From Perkinsus chesapeaki ATCC PRA-425 (lineage: Eukaryota; Protista; Perkinsozoa), in assembly GCA_013115145.1 (NCBI GenBank), contig JAAPAO010000037.1, forward strand, positions 1 through 64,000: a stretch of 64,000 nucleotides of DNA. Direction: 5' to 3'. Shown here in pieces: positions 1-11,944 of this stretch. Positions within the stretch are counted from its first letter, which is position 1. Each line of letters begins with the position of its first letter. The position numbers and the translations under genes were made by a program. The notes beneath the pieces are model-generated. The model saw only the letters and a program-made list of their open reading frames with translations, was not told the origin of the DNA and did not search any database.

Positions 1-623
1 CAGACTCATGCCCAATTTGGGAGCCCAAAGTAAAACCACGAAAAGGCCATGTGGTGGCTGATAGTCACGACAATGGCTATCCTATAAATCAGAGCAATGA
101 TAATCACAGTAGCGATATCAGACAATGACTTTCAATCATGACTATAAGAATTATAAGAATAAACACTAGTTGATGCCAAACGACAATAATCCTATGGTCT
201 AGCCGCACTTTGCGACTATTCGAGCAATCAAATTACAGTGCTATTTTTCGTAAGCAAAAGGAGCTCTGATCAGGAGTTATGGTAAACGCACCAGTTCTTG
301 TGGTTGAAGAAACGTTTACCATCAGAATATGGACTATAAGCGAAATGCAATGCAGAAGAAGACTCCGAGGAGCGGTGATGCTCGGTACTATGAGTGAATT
401 CATAATGTTACGTTTCTGATTCAATATATTCCGGTTTCCGTCGGATAATTTGCGCTACATATAAGCTAACAGGAGTGTATCGACGTAGATGAAGCGATGT
501 TGTGCTAGTTCAGTGATTGAAATTCACCCCAAACAATAGCCAATTGCATTGGATAGAGTTCGTCTATACTCATCCTCTCAACCTACCCCATTTTTAATTC
601 TACTTTTCAAATACATATATCCA

Positions 624-711
624 GCTCTGTGATGGCGCCATAACAGACGCGTCCCCGCACCCCCCGCACAGCCTGCGTGACGCAGGTTCGATCCCCGGTA
701 CAGGGAGCTTT
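624..711 (+). ncRNA. Candidate Pol III / tRNA-derived structured element (not a canonical tRNA)
   Basis: GC-rich island in AT-rich intergenic DNA. B-box GGTTCGATCC at 685-694 continues into a tRNA-Glu-like 3' end (CCCCGGTACAGGGAG) and TTT. Near-palindrome at 626-647 and perfect hairpin CCTGCGT-G-ACGCAGG at 672-686. The T-stem does not pair fully. Confidence 0.3.
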
Positions 712-856
712 CGTATACTTGTGACGCTTGGGGATAAGGGGTATCGGTTGTCGAGCATCTTATCATGTAATGATGATATTATTTAGGTCAGTTAAAGTAA
801 CATGAGGGCTTTAGGAAATTAGGGGTGTATTATCGTGCAGTTAGTATCTTACTATT

Positions 857-3800
857 ATGGGTGGTAAAAGAGGAGGTGCCGCCAAGCAACATAAAGCAGC
901 AGTAGCAGCTGATGATGATTCTACATCATCACAATATACTGTTAATGCATGTATTATTATGGCTGAGAACTTTGATGAAGGATGTGAAACTGATATAGTA
1001 TTTGAGGATGATAATAATCAACATATTACTGGTACTAAGTGGGAGCGGCTCAAAGGGGAGGGGTATTATATGGGTTTTAGGATTACTTACTTTACCTGGT
1101 GATACTACATTATTACAGCGTAATGTTGACTTAGCCATTGATACATTACATATGGGTAATGTATATGTTATATGCCGTCAATCTAATCTATCAATAATCG
1201 AAAATACTCTAACCCGTAGTAAGAGGATGACGGTTACTGCTGTACCTGATACATGTAATATACAACAAGGGATATATATACAACATCAACCCCAGGCACA
1301 TCGGTATGTGAAGTATTACGAGCATTCGGTTCGGGTGTTACACAGTGTCCTTTAGCTCAACAGGATTTCCTATTATTAAGGGGGGATACACTGGCCAAGC
1401 CAAGTGCTGTTAAGGTATGAATATGTAGTCTAATAATATTATAGTATTCTTAGCCATTATTGGATAACATATTAGCATATCATACATCCAGGAGGAAGGT
1501 AGCCAAGTCTGAGTATCTTATGACTAGGACATTTGTAATATAACCATATATAAGAGGCTATATATAGGTCTACAGGTCTCATCGTCACCTAGTGCTACAT
1601 CATCAGTTAGTGATATCCTTACTAATGTAGTAGTCGGTACTGGTGGTAGTGGTGAAGCTAAAGGTGACCTTAATGATACTTTACGTAAGGAAGGTATAAC
1701 AACTGGTGAACTATTGCATTGGTCTAATGGTATTGATTCAACATCATCCAAAGTGGAGCTATCGGAGCCCTTGCTACATTGGGGATTTGGTGCTACATCC
1801 AAGTTCAATGAAATACATTATAGGACAGGGGTAGTAGTATTGGTATTGTATATCCTTCTCCTCCATTAGTAGTTATTGAGTTATTATTATTACTATTATT
1901 ACCTTAGATACTAGGTGATGGAGCTTTAGGTGATGTATTCTCACCAGATGTATTCCGATTATTAGAGGAAGAGGCTGATTATAAGTACATAATTACCTAT
2001 ATATACCATTACTATAATGATGTTAAATTAGGTCACTACGTGATGATCTAGTTAAACTAACAATTGGTGCTAAGTTCGATGATGGTGTATGTCCATTTGG
2101 TATAGGTGCATGTATAGTACCATCATTACCTCATCAGCTTATCCGTGTAACTAGTCCACGTAAGTCTTACTGTCTTCTTATATCAGTACCTTTACTTGTC
2201 ATATAGGTTCTTACTTCGAGGCTGCAGTGACTATGATGCTGGATAAGTCTCCTAGGGACTTCCTAGTACCTTGGCCAACCCATAACATTGAGTCTAAGCA
2301 CTTGTATGCTAGTAAGGATGCTAAATGGATAGAGGGCGGAGATCATCTAACTTATGTAATTAGCAAAAGCCTGTATATTATAACAATTATTATAAAAAGC
2401 CAGGCCAATGGATGTGAAGTAGCATATGTTGATTCAAGAGCAAGTGTTGATCCATCGGCAACGTTAAATAATTGTTATATAGCACCAGGAGGTAGTAGAT
2501 GGGATTAGGGTGGTTACCGTGGGCTTTTACTTGTTACTCTTCTTAGCTACTATTGAAAAGGGTGTTACTATAGACTCAAGTATTATAGGACCTAATACTA
2601 TAGTGAAAGCAGGTGCTAGTATAAAAAGGTAATGATGTACTATACTAGGCAAGAAGGGGATTATTTGATATATAGGTCTATTCTACATTCACAGTGTATT
2701 GTATCACCATCCACTGGTGTAGAGTGTGCCACTCTACCTCATAATACATGTGTAGATAATACAGTTGTTAATACACCCATCAGTGGTATTACTATTGGTA
2801 CTACCTTACCCGACATAGATGAAGAACTACGAAAGATGGAGGTTATGATGACAACACTATCATTCTCTTCGTACTGCTATATAGGCACGATCCGCCGCAT
2901 CGACAGTCGAGTCAAGTGAAGAGGGACAAAAGGACACAATGGTAGAAGATGTACCTACAATGCTTGCTGACGATGATAAAGCAGAAGGAGCAGCACTGAA
3001 GGATGGATTCCGGGCTGAGGTGTGCTATAGGGTTTAAAGTCTAATAATGGTAATGAAAAATGGTCTAAATAGGTGTACGCATTCTTCAAAGAAGGATGGC
3101 AAGAGAAACAAGATGTTGGACATGTATGTCAACAATTAAGAATATATCGTACAACAGAGCAGGTGATCCAAATAGTAGAGGGGGTATATACTAGATATCT
3201 AAGACTGGCTATTAAGCATACCACCTGCTCCTCCTATTTACTACATCTTCTATACACTACTTCATGCTGTCCCTAATATCAGGCTCCACTGCCAGAGCTT
3301 TTAGCAGCAACTGTATTAGCACTTGCAAGAGTATGTTGTGATGTTATAACTTATAATAGTGGTAAGGCTAAACAGCCTTTAGTAACTTCATTTTATGAGT
3401 ATTGGGACGATGCTCTTGATGAACTGTAATAAATCTATAGCCATTTATTAATTACATTAATACCACTGTAGTTACCTTACTGAACAAAGTGATATATCTA
3501 AATGGTGGATGGATGCATTAGATGCATTGTGTGAGTATTGTCTACATCAAGGTGGTGATCTTGAAAGGGAATGTTGCCTTTTTATTTGGGTAAACTATTG
3601 TCATTCATACCACTCTTCTCGTAAATTATCTTAATTATTAGGGTATGTATACGAACGATATATTATCTAAGGATGACTTGTTAGCTTGGTGGGCTCAGGC
3701 ATCAGGTAATGATAGTACTGTATGAAATATATTGAGCACCACTTAATGAATTAAGATACCTATCGTAATCTACCACTTATGACACAATTAGTGGGACAAG

Positions 3801-3871
3801 TAGAAGATGACTCTGATAGTGATGATGACTCTGATAGTGGTGATGAGTCTGATGATTCCGAGGATGATTGA
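857..3871 (+). CDS. EIF2B5: Translation initiation factor eIF2B epsilon subunit (multi-exon)
   Basis: N-terminal nucleotidyltransferase-like segment (ACIIMAENF...GLLTLPGDTTLLQRNV...VYVICRQ). Hexapeptide LbH repeats (VDSRASVDPSATLNNCYIAPG, IEKGVTIDSSIIGPNTIVKAGASI). W2 domain (LGYVYERYIISKDDLLAWW) and acidic tail ending at TGA 3869-3871. Confidence 0.78.
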
Positions 3872-4000
3872 GAATAGGTTGACTATTCCCTCCAACCACC
3901 TAAATCGTTTATCCACAGAGTGCTCTTTCCTTATCACAGTCTTGTAGTTTTATTAACCATCATTACACCTTGCCCTTAATTGCCAGTTTACCATCCCCTC

Positions 4001-5449
4001 ATGGTTACCGAGGTAGCAGTAGATGGTCCGTCTCCTAAGTTGGGGGGTGCTGTTGCTGCTGATAATGCTGATTATACGTGTAAATCTAGCCAGAACTATA
4101 AAGGTGTTAGTCGTGGTAAAACAACTACTCTAGGAGCTATGGCCAATCTTGTTATGATGTGTATTGGTGTTGGTATACTTGGTTTACCATTAGTTATGCA
4201 ACAAGCTGGATGGATAGGTGGCTATATATTTATCATATTAGCTGCTCTATCATCATTATGGATGGCTAAGCATCTTGCTGATGCATGTGCCACTTACTCA
4301 TCATCAGATGAATGTGGCAATCCTATTTTCCCCTCCTATCAAAGTTTAGGTTATATGACATTTGGTAGAATTGGCAAGTTATCAGTTATTATAACTATGG
4401 ATGTATTTATGTTAGGCTTATGTGTTATATTACTTGTATTATTCGCTGATAATACTTTAAGAATATGGCCCGTCCTCACACGGACCTATTGGATCCTTAT
4501 ATACTCTGCTATTATGATGGTCCTAGTATGGATAAGGACAATGAAGCTTATAGCATGGTTATCGTTTTTAGGAGTTTTCTCAGTCTTTGCTACCGTAGCT
4601 GTAATTGTCGTTGTTGGTGTAACAAGAATGGCCAATGGACAAGGGCCAGATGGGCAAGCAATAACCTATTCATTGCTTAACTCATCTGATTTGGGTGCAG
4701 CTTTCGGTACACTGATGACATCCTTTGGTTTAACTGCTATGATACCTTCTGTCATGAATGGCATGGATAAACCAGATAAAATAGGCACTTCATTATATGG
4801 AGCATTTGCTATTATATTCTCAGTTTATATTTGTCTAACTGTTGCTGGTTATGGTGGATTTGGTAACTCTATTGCTCAGTATGGTGATATTGTTAGTGCA
4901 ATATCTGGTACTGCAGCTACACTTAATGATCAAGGATATGCTATAATAATATGCATTCTTGTTCTTTGTGCTTCGCATTTTTTGGCTCTATTTTGTCCAG
5001 TTGCCACTGATTGTGAGAAGTTAATACCAGCCAAAGCACCAAAGATAACTGTTTATATTATTAGAACAGCACTTGTTGGTGTATGTGCCATATTTGCTAC
5101 TGTTATACCTGGTGTAACTGATATGATTGCATTACTTGGATCAGTATGTGGAATGCCTAATGTAATAATAAGATACTATCATTTTTTAAATAATAGCGTT
5201 GTTATAATTTGATACTCTTCCCTCAGGTTATGTTGTTACCTTTATTATTTTATTGGAAGGCATGTCTCATAGATGTTACTGGTTTCAAAGGAATCTATCA
5301 GGGTCGCATTATCAAGTTCTTTGGAGAACTACTAATCTTGTTACTCTCTCTCTTCACCTTTTTCTTTGGATTGTAAGTCGTAAGAGTAGGTGTAATTCAT
5401 TATATCACTACTCAGGTATGGATCGATCAGGAGTATTATACTCAAATAG
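4001..5449 (+). CDS. Amino acid/auxin permease (Aa_trans, AAAP/SLC36-38-like) paralog 1
   Basis: NLVMMCIGVGILGLP..MQQAGW motif and many TM helices. Long first exon plus two 3' exons (VMLLPLLFYWK...; LYGSIRSIILK*). Confidence 0.9.
4775..5178 (+). repeat. 404-bp near-identical block shared with 6435-6838
   Basis: By-eye comparison shows only two substitutions (aatgat/aataat, tcgcat/tcacat). The block runs 17 nt into the intron, and both flanks are diverged. Confidence 0.9.
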
Positions 5450-5756
5450 ATACCACCTCGCTGGAGGAGGAGGAGTGCTTCTTTTGTTCTACGTACATTT
5501 CGTTGGAGATACTAACACAAGGCTTACATAGCCGGTATATATCAGTGGATGATGCCGTTGTGGGCTATTCACCGCTGTTCAAGGCTGAAACATCAAGCTC
5601 GATTGTTAGACATACCAACATCATCAACTTATTATTTGCCATCAATTTTCAGGCTTGGGTTGAGTGTTGTTGCGTTAATTGAGAAATCACTTGAACTCGT
5701 TCATATAATATCACTAACAACAGTTGTAACAGGTGGCGGCATCCTCTTTTCCTATT

Positions 5757-7113
5757 ATGGGGCTCGGTAAGTCGAACTCAGCAGCAACAGCAGTGTCGAA
5801 TAAGCTCTCTATCTTCGGAGCGACAGCAAATCTTGTTATGATATCCGTTGGTGTTGGTATACTTGGTTTACCCCAAGTAATGGAACAGGCTGGATGGATA
5901 GGTGGTTATATATTACTAGCCATAGCAGCAATAGCATCACTTTGGATGGCCAGACATTTAACAGATGCATGCGTTAAATATTCTAAGAATGGATGTGAAT
6001 ATCCAACTTATCAACAGCTTGGTGGATTAACCTATGGTAAATGGGGACAATTAGCTGTTATTATAAGTACAGATGTATTCATGCTCGGTTTATGTGTTGT
6101 ATTATTAGTATTATTTGCTGATAATACTATGAGAATGTGGCCTGTTATGAATGAGACTGATTGGGTTCTTATCTATGCTGCTTTTATGGTACCTTTTGTA
6201 TGGATAAGATCGATAAAACTCATCAGTTGGCTATCAATGGTTGGCGTTCTTTCGGTTCTGGCTACCGTAGTTGTTATTGTTGTTGCTGGTTTCTCCCGTC
6301 TAGCTGAGTATGTCGGTACTATAGATTATTCTCTATTCAGCTTTAACCAGTTAGGCAGTGCTGTTGGCACACTGATGACATCCTTTGGTTTAACTGCTAT
6401 GATTCCCACAGTCATGAACAATATGGATAAACCTGATAAAATAGGCACTTCATTATATGGAGCATTTGCTATTATATTCTCAGTTTATATTTGTCTAACT
6501 GTTGCTGGTTATGGTGGATTTGGTAACTCTATTGCTCAGTATGGTGATATTGTTAGTGCAATATCTGGTACTGCAGCTACACTTAATAATCAAGGATATG
6601 CTATAATAATATGCATTCTTGTTCTTTGTGCTTCACATTTTTTGGCTCTATTTTGTCCAGTTGCCACTGATTGTGAGAAGTTAATACCAGCCAAAGCACC
6701 AAAGATAACTGTTTATATTATTAGAACAGCACTTGTTGGTGTATGTGCCATATTTGCTACTGTTATACCTGGTGTAACTGATATGATTGCATTACTTGGA
6801 TCAGTATGTGGAATGCCTAATGTAATAATAAGATACTAAATGTGCTTGTGGTTGCCTTGATAGTTATCCTTCTTCTAGGTGATGCTCTTGCCATTGCTTT
6901 TCTATTGGAAGGCGTGCATTATTGATGTTGTTGGTATCCAGGGTATCTACAAAGGACGTGTCTTGAAGTTCGCTGGCGAGTTATTCATCATTGCTTTGTC
7001 GCTCTTCAAATTCGGCTATGGACTGTAAGTTTTGATGGCCGCCCGTCTCTTTGCTTAGTTAACTATCTTTCGTCAGGTATGGTTCAATTTCCAGTATGAT
7101 TAATTCTCCGTAA
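5757..7113 (+). CDS. Amino acid/auxin permease (Aa_trans) paralog 2, tandem duplicate
   Basis: NLVMISVGVGILGLPQVMEQAGW motif. Same two intron positions as paralog 1. Ends LYGSISSMINSP*. Confidence 0.9.
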
Positions 7114-7442
7114 CCACCACCATACTGAAGCGGTGCCGACCAGAGGCGCTGGCAAGTTACTTCAGCCCCTTTGTGTAACAATGGTTCCTTGTAAACTTTC
7201 ATGCTTGTGCTCGGGGATTCCCATTAGTTATTCGCTATATCAGCGACATCTATGGGATATCTTCAAGTGTTCCGTTCATTTCTGCTTATCGTGCTTGTCT
7301 ATTCCTCAAGGCTCATTCCGAGCATGGATATCATACCCGATAAACTCTGCTGTTGACAGCCCCCATTCGGTTACGTACAGCTACTTTTCTAGGTTTACTG
7401 TTCTCTTCCTCTATCATTATTAATTTACCCACTCTTTTCTAG

Positions 7443-7593
7443 AACGGTGTCGATCGTGTGTGGCTGTTCTCAGAGTGGTTTACCCTCAATAATGGAGGTT
7501 CCGTAATCATAATCATCATTAAACAACTGGTTTCCTACTCTGTAGGCAATTCCTCATTGAAACGGTGTCGATCGTGTGCGGCTGTTATTAGAG
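7443..7593. repeat. 33-bp imperfect direct repeat (7443-7475 and 7561-7593), possibly a duplicated acceptor+exon of a small minus-strand ORF starting near 7704
   Basis: aacggtgtcgatcgtgtg[t/c]ggctgtt[c/a]t[c/t]agag, 30/33 identical. On the minus strand both copies read ...AACAG|CC(A/G)CACACGATCGACACCGTT. Confidence 0.75.
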
Positions 7594-7743
7594 GAACTTG
7601 TTTCTCCATTCCACTATGTAACTTGCATAAATGCTTGAGTTATATAAGTCCTTCATCAATTCTTCCTCAAATCTATATTCACGATCATCTCTCACTTTGA
7701 ACATTACATACATAAACGACGGAAACAGTTTGTTAATTAAGTA

Positions 7744-9799
7744 TCATGAAGGTGTTCTAACCTCACTTTGCGGCACCTTTCGCCCACTACTAGCAGGGTC
7801 CTTAATCAATAGATTCTAACAATACATTATAATACATTTCATCAGCGATACTCACCTGGAAGAAGCTCCTATTGGTGACAGGCGTAGCAGCCGCATCACG
7901 AACACCTGGTGCCGATCGAGCAACAGGTGGTGGTGGCATGCGCTCTGCCATTCGACTAAGGAACACCTTCATGCTATCCGCATTCTCTATGGTGTGTGTC
8001 TGAGGCTTTGTGCATCATCAAGAGCTACTATAAGGCTAATAAATGTTAGGCACCTCTTCTCTAGAATCGCCTAGATCGTCCTTCTCCGAATCAAAGAAGG
8101 TTTCTATTGGACGGGCTATAAACGGATGTAATGGATCGATGAAGTTAAACATATTATCTTACAAAGGAAGTCAGCATCCTCTTCGTTAAGTGAACGCCTG
8201 AATTGATCTGGGCCACCATCCTGTCCAGGGGGTAGGACAATCAATGCTCTTCCTCCATCTTCCCGATTAGCCTCTGGGAATTCACCACCATACACCTGTG
8301 CCATGATATGATCGTAACTGATTGATAACTATGACATGTTAAGGTACATATAACAGCTCACAAGAGGCGGCCATTCCGGGCTGTAATTCCTGCATTTATA
8401 GCATCAGACTCTCGAAGAGATGAGAACTCGGATGAATCAGTGGCACTGAGTCATACACACATTCCGAGAGTAGTCACAGTTTGTGATGATGATGATTATC
8501 ACATGATAGTAGCTCCATAATGACTTGCGCGGTGTCTTAAATGTACAATAACAGGCCGCCACTTCATCGGGTCTATTTTGTCGAATGCATCACAACGTGT
8601 AAGAACCTATGAACCCAATAATCTATGCACAGTTTACAGTGCGATAAGCTGACAATAATAATAGGATAACCACGGTTCGAAAGCCACTCTAAATGATCAG
8701 CTCCTTGGACATTGGTTTCGGATAGAGTTGAGCCTGAGAGCAGCCAAGACCTATGAATTAAGTATATCAGCCTCAGTTTTACCCTTCTTTTGTTGTGCTG
8801 TGGTTATGTTATGTACAATCTTATTATGCAATGCCTCTTGAGTTGTTATATCCATAGTATCAAATAATGGCCCACATATTCTGAATGTTAGAGTGGAGTA
8901 CTAAGCGAATAGCTACAGCAATGTTACCGAGATAAGGTCTCGAGATGTCCCTCAAATGTTGATATAACACTACTAGGGTTCATCATGTCCAGGCATATAA
9001 CAGCTACGAATCTACCACGTGTTATGTATCCTTGTAGTGATTGTTTACTAATAAGAATGTGATGCTGTGGATGCTCACAATAGAATAGTGATAGTGTGCC
9101 TGTTGCTGTTTATGCTGCATTGAGAACGAGTTAGACCCTTACTACCTATTTCCATAAAGGCCTCCTCATCCTTCCCCTTCATATGTCGCCTCATCAATGC
9201 TGGTAAATAACCAAAGTCGATTGGGGCCATTCTTGACTGACCATCAGTAACAACAGCAGCCTGTGCTGCCATTGTTGCTGCTACTAACAATTCATCATCC
9301 TTTGATACAACTGAGGTTCTTAGTTACTAAGCTCACGGTAAGCTTTTACCATTGGTAGTTGAAGCAGCTCTATTCTTAACCTCTTCATTTCCCTGACAGG
9401 CTGTTGAGACCTTCGTTATTCTCAACCCTAGAGGCTTATTCACTCTAGCATTCCCTACTGTATACCTCAATACTAATATCTACTACTTTACTTACCATTA
9501 TATAACCCTGCAGTGGTCTTGCCTTTATTAAGCTGCCGTTCGATATCATGTGATAATGTCTTGAAAAGTGTTCGCTTACCACACCCAGGGACACCAAGAA
9601 TGAGAGCCTAGAGCAGCGTACTATATCATCATCATCATTACGATGATGATCAATAAAGTTGTCCCACAGCTGAGTGATCTCTATTCAGTCTATCTCCAGC
9701 ACCGCATCCATCAGCTGTTATTGCTGTTGTTGTATCAGTCGTCTGTGAGGCCAAGAACTGTTGCCATATGTTGGCTTTCTCTATCGGTTGGATAACCAT
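7744..9799 (-). CDS. DYNC1LI: Cytoplasmic dynein light intermediate chain (multi-exon)
   Basis: P-loop LILGVPGCGKRT; VAVICLDMMNPSSVYQHL; GYPIIIVLTRCDAF; HLRHRASHYGAT; VYGGEF...IVLPPGQD; MKVFLSRM; C-terminal helix SFFQNLL. These motifs are collinear with LIC. Confidence 0.75.
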
Positions 9800-9857
9800 G
9801 GTTAAGAACAGATACCTAAATAACTTATACCACCACAGGGGGCAAACACAATGACAG

Positions 9858-9882
9858 AAAAGCCCCGAAAGCGGGGGTTTTT
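9858..9882. other. GC hairpin flanked by A4/T5 upstream of the dynein LIC gene
   Basis: AAAAG-CCCCG-AAAG-CGGGG-GTTTTT. Confidence 0.4.
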
Positions 9883-10084
9883 CCTAAAGTTACGGCTCGG
9901 CCCCTACCGATTATTTATTCTTTACACAACTTATCTCCCCACATAGTAACCGCCTCTTAATGGGTCTCTTCACTAACCATCTAACGTATGGTTACTATAA
10001 CACAATAAGATTATCTTCTGCTTGAGTAACACATCAAGTTATATGAATCATCATCATTTAGTAGTAAACAACGATATCATGTTA

Positions 10085-10543
10085 TTATTGTGGGTCAGTA
10101 GGTGATGATGATGATGACGGTAGACTAGTAGTAGCAATGAGAGGAATATTCAACGAGTTAAGTATCTTTAAGGACCCTCTACAATTCCTCGACCACCTGT
10201 AACACCCAACAGTGGTGTCTACCTAAGCTGCCTTGCTTACCTAAGTTTGGCTATCCTCTCATCATTTCCACTTATCCTTCTGTCGGTACTAGTAGGAGCA
10301 TCATCTAATACATCTCCCTTCTCAAGAGATATCCTTCGATCAACACGATATGACATACCTGGCAGCATTCACGTGTAGTAAGGTGGGTAGATTGTTACTA
10401 TAATGACAGGGAAGCTGCTTAATACCGGACGGTAACCCTCGGCTGGTAGTACTAATAGAGGCTCCTTTCCTGTCAGTAATGGAAAATGGGGGAGGATTTA
10501 ATAAACACAGTCGACCGTATGGATCCTCTGATGATGACGACAT
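10085..10543 (-). CDS. Hypothetical protein (about 3 exons)
   Basis: MSSSSEDPYGRLCLLNPPPF... with GT-AG introns. No family recognised. Confidence 0.4.
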
Positions 10544-11001
10544 CGGAAACTTAAGAGATGCAAAGAAGTATTGAAGTATTACTTTAATTAAGGCCTTAAC
10601 TCAATAAGTACTACCTATCAGTGGTGGCATACTCTCATTAACACACTCATCATTCTAGCAGTAATAGGTTGTAGAAGTCTATGTACAATGGTATCATCTA
10701 CCAGTGATACTACTACTAGTACTATTGTGCTATTACCAGCGCAATATGGGTGGACAGTGATGTTAAATGTATAGGTTCAGTCGATATCTATCGATAAGGG
10801 GGGAGACAAGAGCTACTGTAAAGGAGATCATCATCATCATCACCATGAAGTAAGATGATAACAATACAGTAGAGTAATAATAACGAGAAAAAGAAGTGTT
10901 CGAAAGTATTAAATGGAAAGGACTGTCTGTAGCCGCAGCAGCAGCAGCAGTCATTATAGTTTCATCATTATCGTTAATAGGATCATCACCAACCATACCG
11001 A

Positions 11002-11869
11002 CTATTTAAGCCTGGTTGTCTCGTTCTTTGTTCTGCATGCACGCATGCGTTTCTGGCGAGTAAGGGGGCCAGGTGATCCATCATCCGTGGAGTGTGGACT
11101 GCAAGAGTGAATAGTATCATCATCATCTGCGAGGAGAAATCTTTCATAACGTAGATCATGAACTTGAAGGTTGCGCTGTAATGCAGCAGTTCTACTCGTT
11201 CTCTCCAAGTTTAATAACCCTTCATTATGCTTGACTATAATATCTCTATTATCTTCTATAGGCAGCAATACATCAGTATCATTCAAACAGCAGCAGCCGA
11301 CATATCCAGCAGGCTTTATCACTCCATCAACGTTATGAATGCCAGATACCTTACTACTTGCTGCTGCTGCTGCTCGTCTGTACCTAATAGGGGTGGTATG
11401 AATGATAGGTTGAAGTAGTTAACACTTACATATATGAACCAGAGCATCCAGTAATAACTGAAAATAGCTCTATCTTGTTCATAGACCATAACATAGTGCC
11501 TTGTATCATATCTTTCTTTAATATTTCTAGTTTAACTTTATCTACAGGCTTCCTCTTAACACCTCTAGCTAGCTGCACCACTGGTGGTACTCCTGTAGAT
11601 AGTGATGATGTCGTGCCAGTTGGCGGACAAGTTGGCTGATGGCTATCAGCAATTGATGAGGATAGAGATTGACTGCATGTCCTGGACAGGAGAGAGTCCG
11701 GCGATGCTGGTGGCAGTGGCAGTAAAAGTGTTCTTGTTGATGATGGTTTGAGCAGCACTGTAGGGTTTTCCTTCCTATGATGTTCAATTGCTGATGGTTG
11801 TTCAATGGTTACCATCTGTAATTGGTGGACCAAGGCAGTTAGTATGCCTGCAATAAGGAATATCATCAT
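11002..11869 (-). CDS. Hypothetical protein with N-terminal hydrophobic (signal-like) segment
   Basis: MMIFLIAGILTALVHQL... Long exons in ORFs 11426-11917 and 11002-11322. The 3' end is uncertain. Confidence 0.45.
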
Positions 11870-11944
11870 GTAAGGTGGTGGTTGAACAAAAGACCATTGG
11901 TATAATGAAATATCCAACGCATATGATGATTAGGCATGTCATGG

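Noticed and set aside
9800-9880. U2 snRNA-like 13-mer GTATCTGTTCTTA on the minus strand, with a loosely U2-like upstream hairpin
   Set aside because: The GTGTAGTA branch-pairing sequence and stem IIa are missing. The match sits at a splice acceptor directly before the LIC ATG and is most likely coincidental.
10584-10599. TTAATTA(A)GGCCTTAA palindrome, also near 58560-58577
   Set aside because: Only two imperfect AT-rich copies, at inconsistent distances from starts, which is not enough to call a regulatory site.
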